Positions 1 through 9,683 of a stretch of 64,000 nt of DNA are shown one piece after another. Numbering within the stretch: the first letter of the stretch is position 1; each line of letters starts with the position of its first letter. Made by a program: the position numbers and the translations under genes. The notes below the pieces were generated by a model. That model made no database searches, had not been told where the DNA came from, and saw only the letters and a list, made by a program, of their open reading frames with translations. Origin of the DNA: an uncultured Acidobacteriota bacterium (lineage in GTDB: Bacteria; Acidobacteriota; Thermoanaerobaculia; UBA5066); NCBI GenBank assembly GCA_963779415.1, contig CAVZYA010000002.1:1312001-1376000 (forward strand). The letters run 5' to 3'.

Positions 1-2462
1 TTCGCGTTCCATCCCCCGTTTCACGCTCTCTTCGGAGAGCTGACGGCCTCCGTGAAGGGTTTCTCGACGGCGCCGGGGAAAGCCGCGTCGATAGAAGCCT
101 CGATGAAATCGGACAAGGGGGAGCTTTTCCGGAACACGGGGACCGTCTCGATGGAGCCGTTCACGCTCGCGGGGAGCTTCTCGATCGACGCCGTCCCCCT
201 GAAGAGCTACACGACGTTCCTCGACGAGTTCGTCCCGCTCGTCATCGAGGACGGCCTCCTCGACCTGAAGACCGGGTACCGCTTCTCCATGGGGAAGGAC
301 GCCAACACGATCCTCTCGGGCCTCTCGGTCGACGTGAATCGCCGCGCCTCCGGAAGAAGAGCGAGAAAGAGCCGTTCTTCTCGGCGGCGACGCTCTCGCT
401 CTCGGAGACGTCGGTCGACCTTGCGAAGCACGAGGTCATCCTCGGGAAGATCGAAAGCGCCGCCGGCCTTTTCGCGGTCGTCCGGGAGAAGGACGGCCGC
501 GCGGATCTCCTGTCGCTCATGCCCGCGCCTCCTCCGGACGCGCCGCCTCCTCCTCCCTCGCTCCCGTGGGCCGTCAGCGTGAAGAGGTTCGGCCTCTCCG
601 GGTACACCGTGAAGATCGACGACCGCGGCTTCGACCGCCCCGTCCGCTACGCGCTGACGAAGATGAACCTCCTGCTCGGAAATCTCTCGACCGCCAGAGA
701 CTCGAAGGGGACGCTCGCCGTCCGGGCCGGGTCTCGACGGGAAGGGGCTCGCGACGGTAAAGGGACCGGTCGGCTTCAATCCGATCTTCGCGGAGCTGAA
801 AATTGACGTGAAGGGGGTCGACCTCGTCCCGCTTCAGGCCTATGCCCTTCCGAACCTGAGGCTCGACCTCGCCCGCGGTTCGGCGAGCGCCGCAGGAACC
901 CTCTCGCTCCGGGAAGACTCGAGCGGGAAAGCGAGCGTCGTCTACGCCGGGGATGCCCTCATTTCGGACTTCTTCGCCGTCGACCAGACGACGAAGCTCG
1001 ACTTCCTGAAGTGGGAGACCTTCTCCGCGACCGGGATGAAGGCGGGATACAACCCGATCTTCTTCGAGGCGAGAGAGGTCGCCGCCGTGGGGGTCGTCTG
1101 CGACGTCACGATCGAGGCCGACGGCTGCGTGAATCTCCGGAAGATCGTCGGGAAGCCGGAGCCGACAGAGGAAGGCGAGGAAGCTGCGGCTCCGTCCGGC
1201 CGTCGTCCCGACGCCCCCTGGCCTCCGCCGCGGCGAAGGCCGGAGAGAGCGAGCCGCGTACCGTCATCCCGGTCCGGATCGACGAGCTGACGCTCCAGGG
1301 GGGCCAAATCGGCCTCGCGGACTACTTCATCAGGCCAAATTACACGGCGACGCTCGGAAACCTCGGTGGGCGGGTGACGGGCCTCTCCTCCGCGGACGGG
1401 ACGGTGGCCGCGCTCGACCTGCGCGGCACTCTCGCGAACCACTCGCCCCTTCAGATCTCGGGCTCGGTGAACCCGCTCGCCGCCGCGACGTTCGCGGACA
1501 TCAAGGCCAGCTTCCGCGACATCGACCTCGCGCCCTTCACGCCCTACTCGGGAAAGTACGCGGGGTACAAGATCGCGAGCGGCAACCTCACGGTCGAGGT
1601 CGCCTACAAGCTCGAGAATCGGAAGCTCCAGGCGTCGAACCGGTTCCTCGTGACCGGGTTCGACTTCGGCGAGAAGGTGGAGAGCAAGGACGCCACCAAG
1701 CTTCCGGTGAGGCTCGCCGTCTCGCTCCTGAAGGACAAGGACGGCGTCATCGACCTCGACTTGCCCGTGGAAGGCTCGCTCGACGACCCGAAGTTCCGGA
1801 TCGGGAAGGTCATCTGGCAGATCCTCGGGAACCTGATCGCAAAGGCGGCGACGGCCCCCTTCGCCCTCCTCGGAAAGCTTCTGGGCGGGAAGGGAGAGGA
1901 GTACTCGTCCGTCGACTTCGCCGACGGCGTCGCAACGCTAGACGACGCCGCGAGAAAGAAGCTGGACTCTCTCGCAAAGGCCCTCGAGAACCGCCCCGCC
2001 TTGAAGCTTCAGGCGACGGGGTGCTTCTCCGGGGAGGCGGATCTCGAAGGGCTCCGGCGCGCCCGCCTCGCCCGGAAGGTCAAGGCCCAAAAGCTGGCCG
2101 ACCTCGTGAAGAAGGGGGCCGCCCCCGCGAGCGTCGACGAGGTCGTCGTCGATCCGGCCGAATACCCCGAGTACCTCAAGAAGGCCTACAAGAAGGAGAA
2201 ATTCCCCAAGCCCAAGACCGCGCTCGGCTTCGCGAAGGAGATCCCGGCCGAGGAAATGGAGAAGCTGATGCTCGCGAACGAGACCGTCGGCGATGCGGAT
2301 CTCCGGACCCTCGCCCTCGCGCGCGCAAACGCGGTGAAGGACTACCTGACCGGGCCGGGAAAGATCGACGGTGGGCGCATCTTCGTCCTCGAGCCTTCCG
2401 ACAAGCCCGCCGCGCCCAAGGACAAGGCCCGCGCCAGCCGCGTCGACTTCTCGCTGAAATAG
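1..2462 (+). CDS. DUF748-domain protein with C-terminal OmpA-like region, 5'-truncated and split by several frameshifts
   Basis: Consecutive ORF pieces 52-582, 519-806, 808-1290 and 1011-2462 carry repeated DUF748-like motifs (PFTPYSGKYAGY, LLKDKDGVIDLDLPVEGSLDDPKF, LA..RA..VK.YL, RVDFSLK). Confidence 0.8.
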
Positions 2463-2573
2463 CCCGCCTCGCGCCTCGTATTAGTTCAACCGAGGTGACC
2501 GGGTCGGAATCGAAGGGAAGACTCGGCGGCGGCGCGTCAAGGAGCTAGGTTCAAACGCTCCCGAGCGGGCTGT

Positions 2574-3927
2574 TTATGGGCGAATCCGGAAGTGCTTGAA
2601 CTGTTCTTCCGCATTCAACTTCTGCGATGAGCTGCCTTGTCTGAAGTAGAACTCGGGGCCGTACTCGCTGAGGAAGGCAGGCCGCGAACGCGGGGCGGGC
2701 TGCACGTCGAGCGCGAGGACTTGGGGATTGACTGGCGGAATGAACCGGCAATCGACCAGGCCGCGGTATGCGGGCCCGATTTTGTCTCGGATCGCCACGT
2801 GCAGGGCCTTCTGGAGATCGTCTGTTGAACCACCTCTCTGGTGCAGATCCTCGGCAATTCCTCGGACCGCGCCGTCGTCGTCGACTCCCACGAATACTGT
2901 GCCCCCATTGGAGTTGAGGAATGCAACGACCGACGCCAGGACCTCGATCTGGAGGTTAGAGTTGTGCTTTCTCTCCTTCACGTCGTAGTCGAAGCTGCTC
3001 TTGAACTCAATGGTCTGACCCTCGCCCTGCGCCAGTGCGAGGTCGAGGTCGATGGGTTTGAATCGCTTTGGGATCTCCCGAAGAAGGAAGAACACCGCGA
3101 GCGCAAAGGCGAGAACGCCGAGGCCAAGGCTCGCGAAGAAAAGTGTCGACAGGGTGGCCAGCTCGAGCGTGATGTCCCGAGGGATCGTGATCCATCCGAC
3201 AACGTCGCCGCGCGGATCCCTGAAGCCTCCCGAATGACCATGTACGTTCGACGCCCACTGACAATCCTCTGATACGACCCTGGGTCGGGACCTGCCGCGG
3301 GCCTGTCCAGCACGAGGGGAATGCCCCCCCATGCCCGTTCGAGCTTCCCGAGTCGCTGACGATCGCAAACTCGATCGGGTATTCGATCTCTCTCGTTCGG
3401 AGGACGGTGGCGCTGGAGACCGAGGTGCCGAAGCGCGTGGATGCGTCGAGAAGGGCCGCATCCGTCGAGGGCAAGGACTCCGAGGCGCGGACGCCCACCA
3501 GCACGAGCCCGTCCGTCAGCTTTCTGAGGACGAGCCGCCATGTCTCGTTCGCTGCGCTCCGAAACGTCGTAACCATTCTGGGCGGTATCTCCGGGGCCTT
3601 TCGCACGCGTCCAAGAAGCTCAGGCGGTGGCCCCTCGACGTCGATCAATAGGCCATCCGCGCCCGTGATGAGCCAGCTGGCGGCCTTCGGAAGCGAGGAC
3701 CGACGAAACGGCGTCAGGTTCCAAGTATCTCGATATTCGAGTTCATCGGAGATGGCCTTGGCCTGATCGAGCAGGTCAGCCTGGATCGTCCGGAGTACTC
3801 GGGCGCGAACAACCACCCACTGGGCGGCGGACAGGACCAGGAGAATCAGAGCGAGATAGAGCGCGATTCGGACCCGTGGTCGCCGAAGGGAGCCCAGAAG
3901 ACCTTGATATCGAGGAACGAGCGACAT
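2574..3927 (-). CDS. Predicted two-TM extracytoplasmic sensor fused to a C-terminal Schlafen/AlbA_2 domain (reconstructed across two frameshifts)
   Basis: N-terminal TM (IALYLALILLVLSAA), soluble region, second TM (LFFASLGLGVLAFALAVFFLL), then GEGQTIEFKSS and VAFLNSNGGTVFVGVDDDG. Adding one G at the CCC runs 3347-3349 and 3229-3231 joins three frames into ~451 aa. Confidence 0.75.
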
Positions 3928-4060
3928 CGCGGACCAGTCTATCGAACAGTCGATCGCGGAGGTCCGGCCAAATACTGTCTTTCTTTTTCGGCGCGGATCG
4001 CCGTCGAGGGGAGCGGCGACGATCAAGTTCGCTGCTAGCCGAGAGCGGTGAGCCGTCTTA

Positions 4061-5030
4061 TTAGCTCCGAGTGTTCTCCTCGGATTTCTGTCTCACGAGA
4101 GCGTCAATTTCCCTGTCAATGCTCTCGTACTCCTCGATGCCAGAGCCGGCGAAGAGTCGCTTGATGCCCTCTTGGCGTCAGGGTCCCGCCCAGCGCATAT
4201 CGAAGGGTCCACAGAAAAGACCCTCGGGAAGTTTGATTTTCGCGTCGCGGTTCTCCCAGATTGTCAGGCCGATCTGGACTTCGTTCTGGGTCGAAATCCT
4301 TCACGTCATCCTGAAGGTGATCGAACCATGTGTCGCCGGGGAACGGCTGGAAGGTCATGGTCATTGGCTTCTGTCGGATATGACCGTCCGGATCCCGATC
4401 AGGGCACTGATCCGTGTGTTCTTGGGCTTCACTTCACCGGCGTGAGAGCGCATCTTCGCCCTCCGTCCGCTGAAGATGTTCTCGGGAGGATCGTGGAGTC
4501 GTGCACCCGTGAGTCACGTCGTATTTGAAGCGAAGCTCCGGGGAGCCATGGAGTCAACATTGTATAGGGGTCATCGAGAAATTGGGGTCAGGCCCCTGTT
4601 GAGCCAGAACGATCGAGCAGGAGGCGTCGGGGAGTTCTCCCTGAAACTGCTTCTGTGCCTCGTTGATGTGGTCCCGAATCGGCTTTACGGGATAAACTGA
4701 GGCGCCTGAACCCGGGCGGCGGAGCAGGGCCCTCGAGATCCTTCACTTCGAAAAAGGTAGCAATGCCCATGGTACGGGATGGGAAAGTCCGGTCGCCGCC
4801 GCTTTCCTGGCCCACTCTTTCTCGAACGCGAACGGGATACCGTTCTGGTTGAGGTAGTAGGCGAAGTACTTCTCGCCGAGCGTCGAACCGATATTGACGC
4901 CCATAAAGCGATTCACTTCTTCATGCGAGACGTGCCAGACGCCCCCGACCTTCTTTCCGACGGGCCGTTGCTTTCGACGAACTCTAGGACGACGCTCTTT
5001 GCGACCTTCAGGATGCCGACCAGGGTCGTC
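4061..5030 (-). pseudogene. Excisionase-like HTH fused to a PD-(D/E)xK-like nuclease region, heavily frameshifted
   Basis: Fragments read GKKVGGVWHVSHEEVNRF, EKYFAYYLNQNGIPFAFEKEW, RRRPDF..FEVKDL, KPIRDHINEAQKQF, KNTRISAL and IWENRDAKIKLPEGLF; stop at 4061. Confidence 0.5.
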
Positions 5031-5084
5031 GTCCCGCGTAGCACGCAGCCGGAGTGCCGGCGCACATGGGCTGGCCAAGGCCGC

Positions 5085-5571
5085 GACAGCGCGAAGGAAA
5101 TCGAACCAGCCGGGCCGTTAAAGAAGACGGTGCAATGCTGGAGGACATCCCGGCCTAAGAAGGGCGATCAGACCTTGCGCGGCGAGCGGGGCGCCGATGG
5201 AGTTGAGGGCGTTGATCGCGATGGGCAGGCCGATGACTTCGATCTGCGCGGGATAGACGTTGCTGCGGGCGGCCGAATGTGACGCCGAGGCGACGGTGAC
5301 GACATTCGTGACGGGTAGGCCGAGCGTCCGTGCGGCGTCCTCATCGATACAGGTCGTGCTGGCGCCGGTGTCGATGAGGGCGAGGCCGGAAACGGGCTGG
5401 GGCAGGGTCTTCCCTTGCTGGAGAAGCTGGCGCGCGATGGGCTGGGCCACGCCGAGAAGTACCTGCACGCACGGGCCCAGTGGCGCGAGAGCGAATGCCG
5501 GAGGAACAACGGCGACGGAAGTCGGAGGGAGCCTTGGCCTGGCCGCCGAATTGAACGTTAAGTACCGGCAC
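5085..5571 (-). CDS. Retropepsin-like (clan AA) aspartyl protease, frameshifted; 3' end uncertain
   Basis: ALIDTGASTTCID catalytic motif and C-terminal LIALL(G)RDVL motif; GTG start overlaps the upstream gene end. Confidence 0.75.
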
Positions 5572-5810
5572 GGAGCAGGCCCAGGGTCAAGGCCGGGACG
5601 TAGGCGGCTACCGGCAGCTCTTCGACGCGTCGAACGAGGATGGATTCGAGGCCGAATAAGCGGGCACCCTCTTCAAGCGCCTCTTCGTGGGTATCGAACG
5701 TCCCGACGAGCCGGGGATCCCTTCACGAGCACGAACTTCCCCGGAAACTTCAGGAGAAGCTCTTTCTCGTGCGCGTCGTAATAGCGGAGTTCTTCCTCCA
5801 GCATGCCCAT
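5558..5810 (-). CDS. Small DUF5678-like protein (one frameshift near 5715)
   Basis: MLEEELRYYDAHEKELLLKFPGKFVLVKG/RLVGTFDTHEEALEEGARLFG; this family is typically found upstream of retropepsin-like genes. Confidence 0.65.
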
Positions 5811-5868
5811 AACGTTAGACCTGCCGGCTTCCGAAATCCAGCGCGGAGCGGAACCCGGCCCTCTAACA

Positions 5869-5928
5869 GCTCAGCCCTTCGGCCGCAGACGTCCGGATCA
5901 TCTCGAACTCGCCGCCGTCAGGGCGGGA
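5869..5928. repeat. Degenerate copy of the 3' end of the DUF1579 gene (other copy at 8366-8429)
   Basis: 29-bp exact match of 5891-5919 to 8390-8418, with similar flanks. Confidence 0.9.
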
Positions 5929-8312
5929 ACGCAAGACGCCGCACGAGATCCAGGTACCGGGGGTCGGAGCGGATCGGGTCGAGACGCGGATCGACCTTGA
6001 GGAACGGCATGCAGATGGACCGGTCCTGCAGCCCTTTCTCGAACGACCGGAAAGCCTCGTCCTTCTCGCCAAGGCCGATGTGGATGACGGCAATCTCGTA
6101 GGGACAGAGGTATCGGTTCCGGTAAGGCCCGGCGAGCTTTTCCAGGACCTCTCGTGCCCTGTCGCTCTTGCCGCAGGCCGCATAGATCCCCCCGGACATG
6201 GCGAGCGCGAACGGGCTGTCGTCCGCCTTCGTTCCTTTTTCGGCGACGGCGATCGCCTCGGGACACCGGCCCTTCTGAACGTAAGCGATCGCCATGCTCT
6301 CGTGGGCGAAGCCGAAGCCTGGCTCGATCTCCACCGCCTTGCGAAAGAACTCGATGGCTTTGTCGTAATCGCGCGCCGCGAGCCGGCTCCAGCCGGCGTC
6401 GGTGGTGAACACGACGGAAAGGGGATCGAGTTCCAGGGCGCGCGTCGCCTCGGCCGCGCTCTCCGCCGCGCGTCCGAGAACGGTGAAGTAGAGGCCGAGG
6501 AGGTCGTGCGCGCCCGCCGAGTTCGGGTTCAGCTCCAGGGCACGCCGGGCCTCGCGCTCGGCGGCCGCCCAGTCCCGGTCGTAATTGAAGAGGATGTTGG
6601 CGAGTGAGACGTGTGTGTCGGCCAGCGACTCGTCGAGCTGCAAGGGCCTTCCTGGCGGCGGCCTTCGCCTTCGGCATCACTTCGTACGGGGGTCGGTAGA
6701 GGTCCGAAAGCAGGGACGTAGGAGTCCGCGATGCCGGCCCAGGCCGGGGCGTAGCCGGGGTCTTTCGCCAGCGCGCTCTCGAAGTCCCGGATCGCCGCGA
6801 CGAGGTCGGCCTCGGTCCCCTTGTTCCAGTGGAAGCGGCCCTTCAGGAAAAGCTCGTGCGCTTCCGGGTCGATGGGCCTCGCCTGGGTCAGGCGCATCCG
6901 TTCCTCGGGGGTCAGAACGGCCTGGACCTCGTGGGCCACGGCCGCCGCCACCTCGCTCTGGAGCCCGAGGACATCGCGCAGATCCCGCTCGTAGCTCCGG
7001 GCCCAGAGATGCTGATCCGTGGAGGCGCGGATGAGCTGCGCGGTCACGCGAACGCGCGAGCCGCTGCGCTGCACGGAGCCTTCCAGCACCGCGTCGACAT
7101 TCAGCTCGCGCCCGATCTCCGCAAGCCTCTTCTTCGTCCCTTTGTACGCCATCGCCGAGGTCCGCGAGATCACGCGCAGCGACCGGATCTGCGCGAGCTG
7201 CGTGATGAGCTCCTCCGTCATGCCGTCGGCGAAGTACTCCTGTTCGGCGTCCCCGGAGAAGTTCGCCAGCGGCAGGACCGCGATCGACTGGATGCCGCCG
7301 GCCGCGCCTCCCGGGAGCAGCCTGCGAATCGTCCCGGCGTTGATGGCGAGTATCGCGAGGATCGCGAGGATGGCCAGGGCCAGGGCTCCCATCGCGACGA
7401 GCCGGCGGGTGCGAGCGCCGACGGGCGCGGCGGCGGCCGGCCGTGCCGCCGCGGACGTGTCGGATGCCTCCTCGAGGGCGTAGGCGACGTCACTCGCGGA
7501 GTGGAAGCGCACCTGCGGGCTCTTTTCGAGACAGTGGCGGACCACCCGGGCGAGGGATGGCGGGATCGCCGGGTTCATCGCCGCGAGGTCCGCCGTCTCC
7601 TCGTTCAGGATCGCGCTGAGGGTGTCCGCGGCCGACGGCGCCCCGGAACGCCCGCTCGCCCGAGAGCATCTCGTGAAGGACCGCGCCGAGGGAAAAGATG
7701 TCGGAGCGGAGGTCGACGTTCCCTCCCCGCACTTGTTCCGGCGACATGTAGCCGACCGTGCCGAAGACGATGCCCGCTTCGGTTCCCGCCGTCAGCGTCG
7801 GCGATTTCGTGTTCTCCGCGCCCTCCGTCGCCGGCGGCGTCTGCTTGGCCAGGCCGAAGTCCAGGATCTTGACGCGCTCGTCCTTCGTCACGAAGAGGTT
7901 TTCCGGCTTGAGATCGCGGTGGACGATTCCCCTCTCGTGCGCGGCGGCGAGGCCCCGCGCGATCTGGACGCCCCAGTCGACGGCCTTCCGGACCGGGAGC
8001 GCGCCTGCGGAGAGTCGCTGCCGCAGCGTCTCCCCCTCGAGCAGCTCCATGACGAGGAGATGACGCCCGGAGACTTCTTCGAAGGAATGGACGGCGGCGA
8101 TGCCGGGGTGGTTCAGCGAGGCGAGCGATTTCGCTTCACGCCGGAATCGCGCGACGCGATCCTTGTCTTCGAAGAACTCTTCCGGCAGGACTTTCAGCGC
8201 GACGTCCCGGTCGAGGCGCGTGTCCTTTGCCTTGATAGACCTCCCCCATGCCGCCCGCGCCGAGAGGAGAGAGAACCTCATAGGGGCCGAGACGAGTGCC
8301 GGCGGAAAGCAA
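5918..8312 (-). CDS. Ser/Thr protein kinase - TM - TolB-N-like - TPR protein, frameshifted
   Basis: [65 protein letters not shown] and TPRs ending [11 protein letters not shown]; spread over 4-5 frames. Confidence 0.85.
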
Positions 8313-8367
8313 TGTTTGCGGAGAGTCTAAACCCCGAGACTCGGCGAACGGGCCACGTTCCGGCCGC

Positions 8368-8850
8368 TCAGCCCCTCCGGCGGTAGACGGTCCGGATCAT
8401 CTCGAACTCGCCGCCGTCGGGGGTCGGGACGAGGTTCCGGTAGAGGAGGGAGCCGTCGGGCCGGGTCGTCGTCTCTTCGCGGTAGCGGACCTTCTGGCCG
8501 CCGTGGGTCACCTCGACGTGGAAGGTCATCGTCTTCGTGGAGGGATCCCACGATCCACTCGCCCGCGAGATCGCCGTCTGCATCGAGTCGACCCAGACGC
8601 CGGTGTATCTTTCTTCTCCCGCGTCCCAGCCGTAGATGCCGTGCCCTTCGAAGCCGCTCTCGGCCGCAAAGTCGACGACGAGCCACTTCCCGCCGCCGAT
8701 CCTCTTGTTGGTCGAGACCCCTTTCTGACGGACGGGCGGCGCTCCGGGGCCGGGATGGATTTCCATCTCGGCATCCCAGACCCCTTCGTCCTTGGCGAAA
8801 ACGGCTGTCGCGGTGGCGATCCTTTCGGCCAGCTTCGGGTCGTTCATCAT
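8368..8850 (-). CDS. DUF1579-family protein
   Basis: [28 protein letters not shown] and [11 protein letters not shown]. Confidence 0.7.
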   Translation of the reverse strand: MMNDPKLAERIATATAVFAKDEGVWDAEMEIHPGPGAPPVRQKGVSTNKRIGGGKWLVVDFAAESGFEGHGIYGWDAGEERYTGVWVDSMQTAISRASGSWDPSTKTMTFHVEVTHGGQKVRYREETTTRPDGSLLYRNLVPTPDGGEFEMIRTVYRRRG

Positions 8851-8990
8851 TCCCCCCCTTCTCATCCTCTTCTCGTCGGGAATACGAGAGAGGTCGAGCG
8901 CCGGTTTTGCAGCTCGGGACCGCGGCGCGCGGAGTTAGAATCCGTCGCCCCGTTTCGGCGTCCGTGCGCCGGGGCGCCGCCCGAACCCTC

Positions 8991-9683
8991 ATGAAGCTGA
9001 CCGTACGCGATGCCGCCGATCTCCTCGGGGTCTCGGAGAAGGCCATCTACGACTGGGTGAAGACGCGGGACCTTCCCGCGGTCCGGATGAACGAGGAGAT
9101 CCGGTTCAACCGCTCCGAGCTGCTGGAGTGGGCCACGGCCGAGGGAGTCGACGTCTCGCCGCGGATGTTCCAGGACTCCGGGAGCCTCCCCGTCGAAAGG
9201 GCGACGATCTCGGAGGCGCTCGCCCGGGGAGGGGTCCACGCCCGCGTACCGGGCCATTCTCCACAGGAAGCGCTGCGCTCGGTGGTCGGTCTCCTCGCGC
9301 TCCCGCCCGGCGTCGACCGCGAGAGTCTCCTCTCCGTCCTCCTCGCGCGCGAGGCGCTCGGCTCGACCGCGATCGGCGACGGGATCGCCATTCCGCACGT
9401 CCGAAACCCGATCGTCCTCCATGTCGACGAGCCGATCGTCTCGCTCTGCTATCTCGAGCGGCCCGTGGACTTCGGCGCTCTCGACGGTCAGCCGGTCCAC
9501 GCGCTCTTCACCCTCGTGACGACCACGATCCGGACGCACCTCCACCTTCTGTCGCGCCTCTCGTACCTCCTCCAGAACGACCGTTTCCGAAGCGCCGTGA
9601 CGAAGGGAGCGGGAGCGGAGGAGATTCTCGGCCTCGCGCGGGAGATCGAGGCGGCGGTCGAGACCCGTCGAAGCGGACGATGA
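8991..9683 (+). CDS. Excisionase-type HTH fused to PTS EIIA (PtsN-like) domain
   Basis: MKLTVRDAADLLGVSEKAIYDWV..LPA; RE.LGSTAIGDGIAIPH (phosphoacceptor His) and VDFGALDG.PV. Confidence 0.85.
   Translation: MKLTVRDAADLLGVSEKAIYDWVKTRDLPAVRMNEEIRFNRSELLEWATAEGVDVSPRMFQDSGSLPVERATISEALARGGVHARVPGHSPQEALRSVVGLLALPPGVDRESLLSVLLAREALGSTAIGDGIAIPHVRNPIVLHVDEPIVSLCYLERPVDFGALDGQPVHALFTLVTTTIRTHLHLLSRLSYLLQNDRFRSAVTKGAGAEEILGLAREIEAAVETRRSGR

Noticed and set aside
2484-2556. attC site downstream of the Schlafen gene
   Set aside because: GTTGAAC fits a core site, but the inverse core (TTTGAAC) and internal pairing are too weak.
5814-5867. Hairpin bounded by GTTAGAC and CTCTAAC as an attC site
   Set aside because: The order is GTT...AAC, the reverse of attC (AAC...GTT) on either strand; more likely a terminator-like hairpin.
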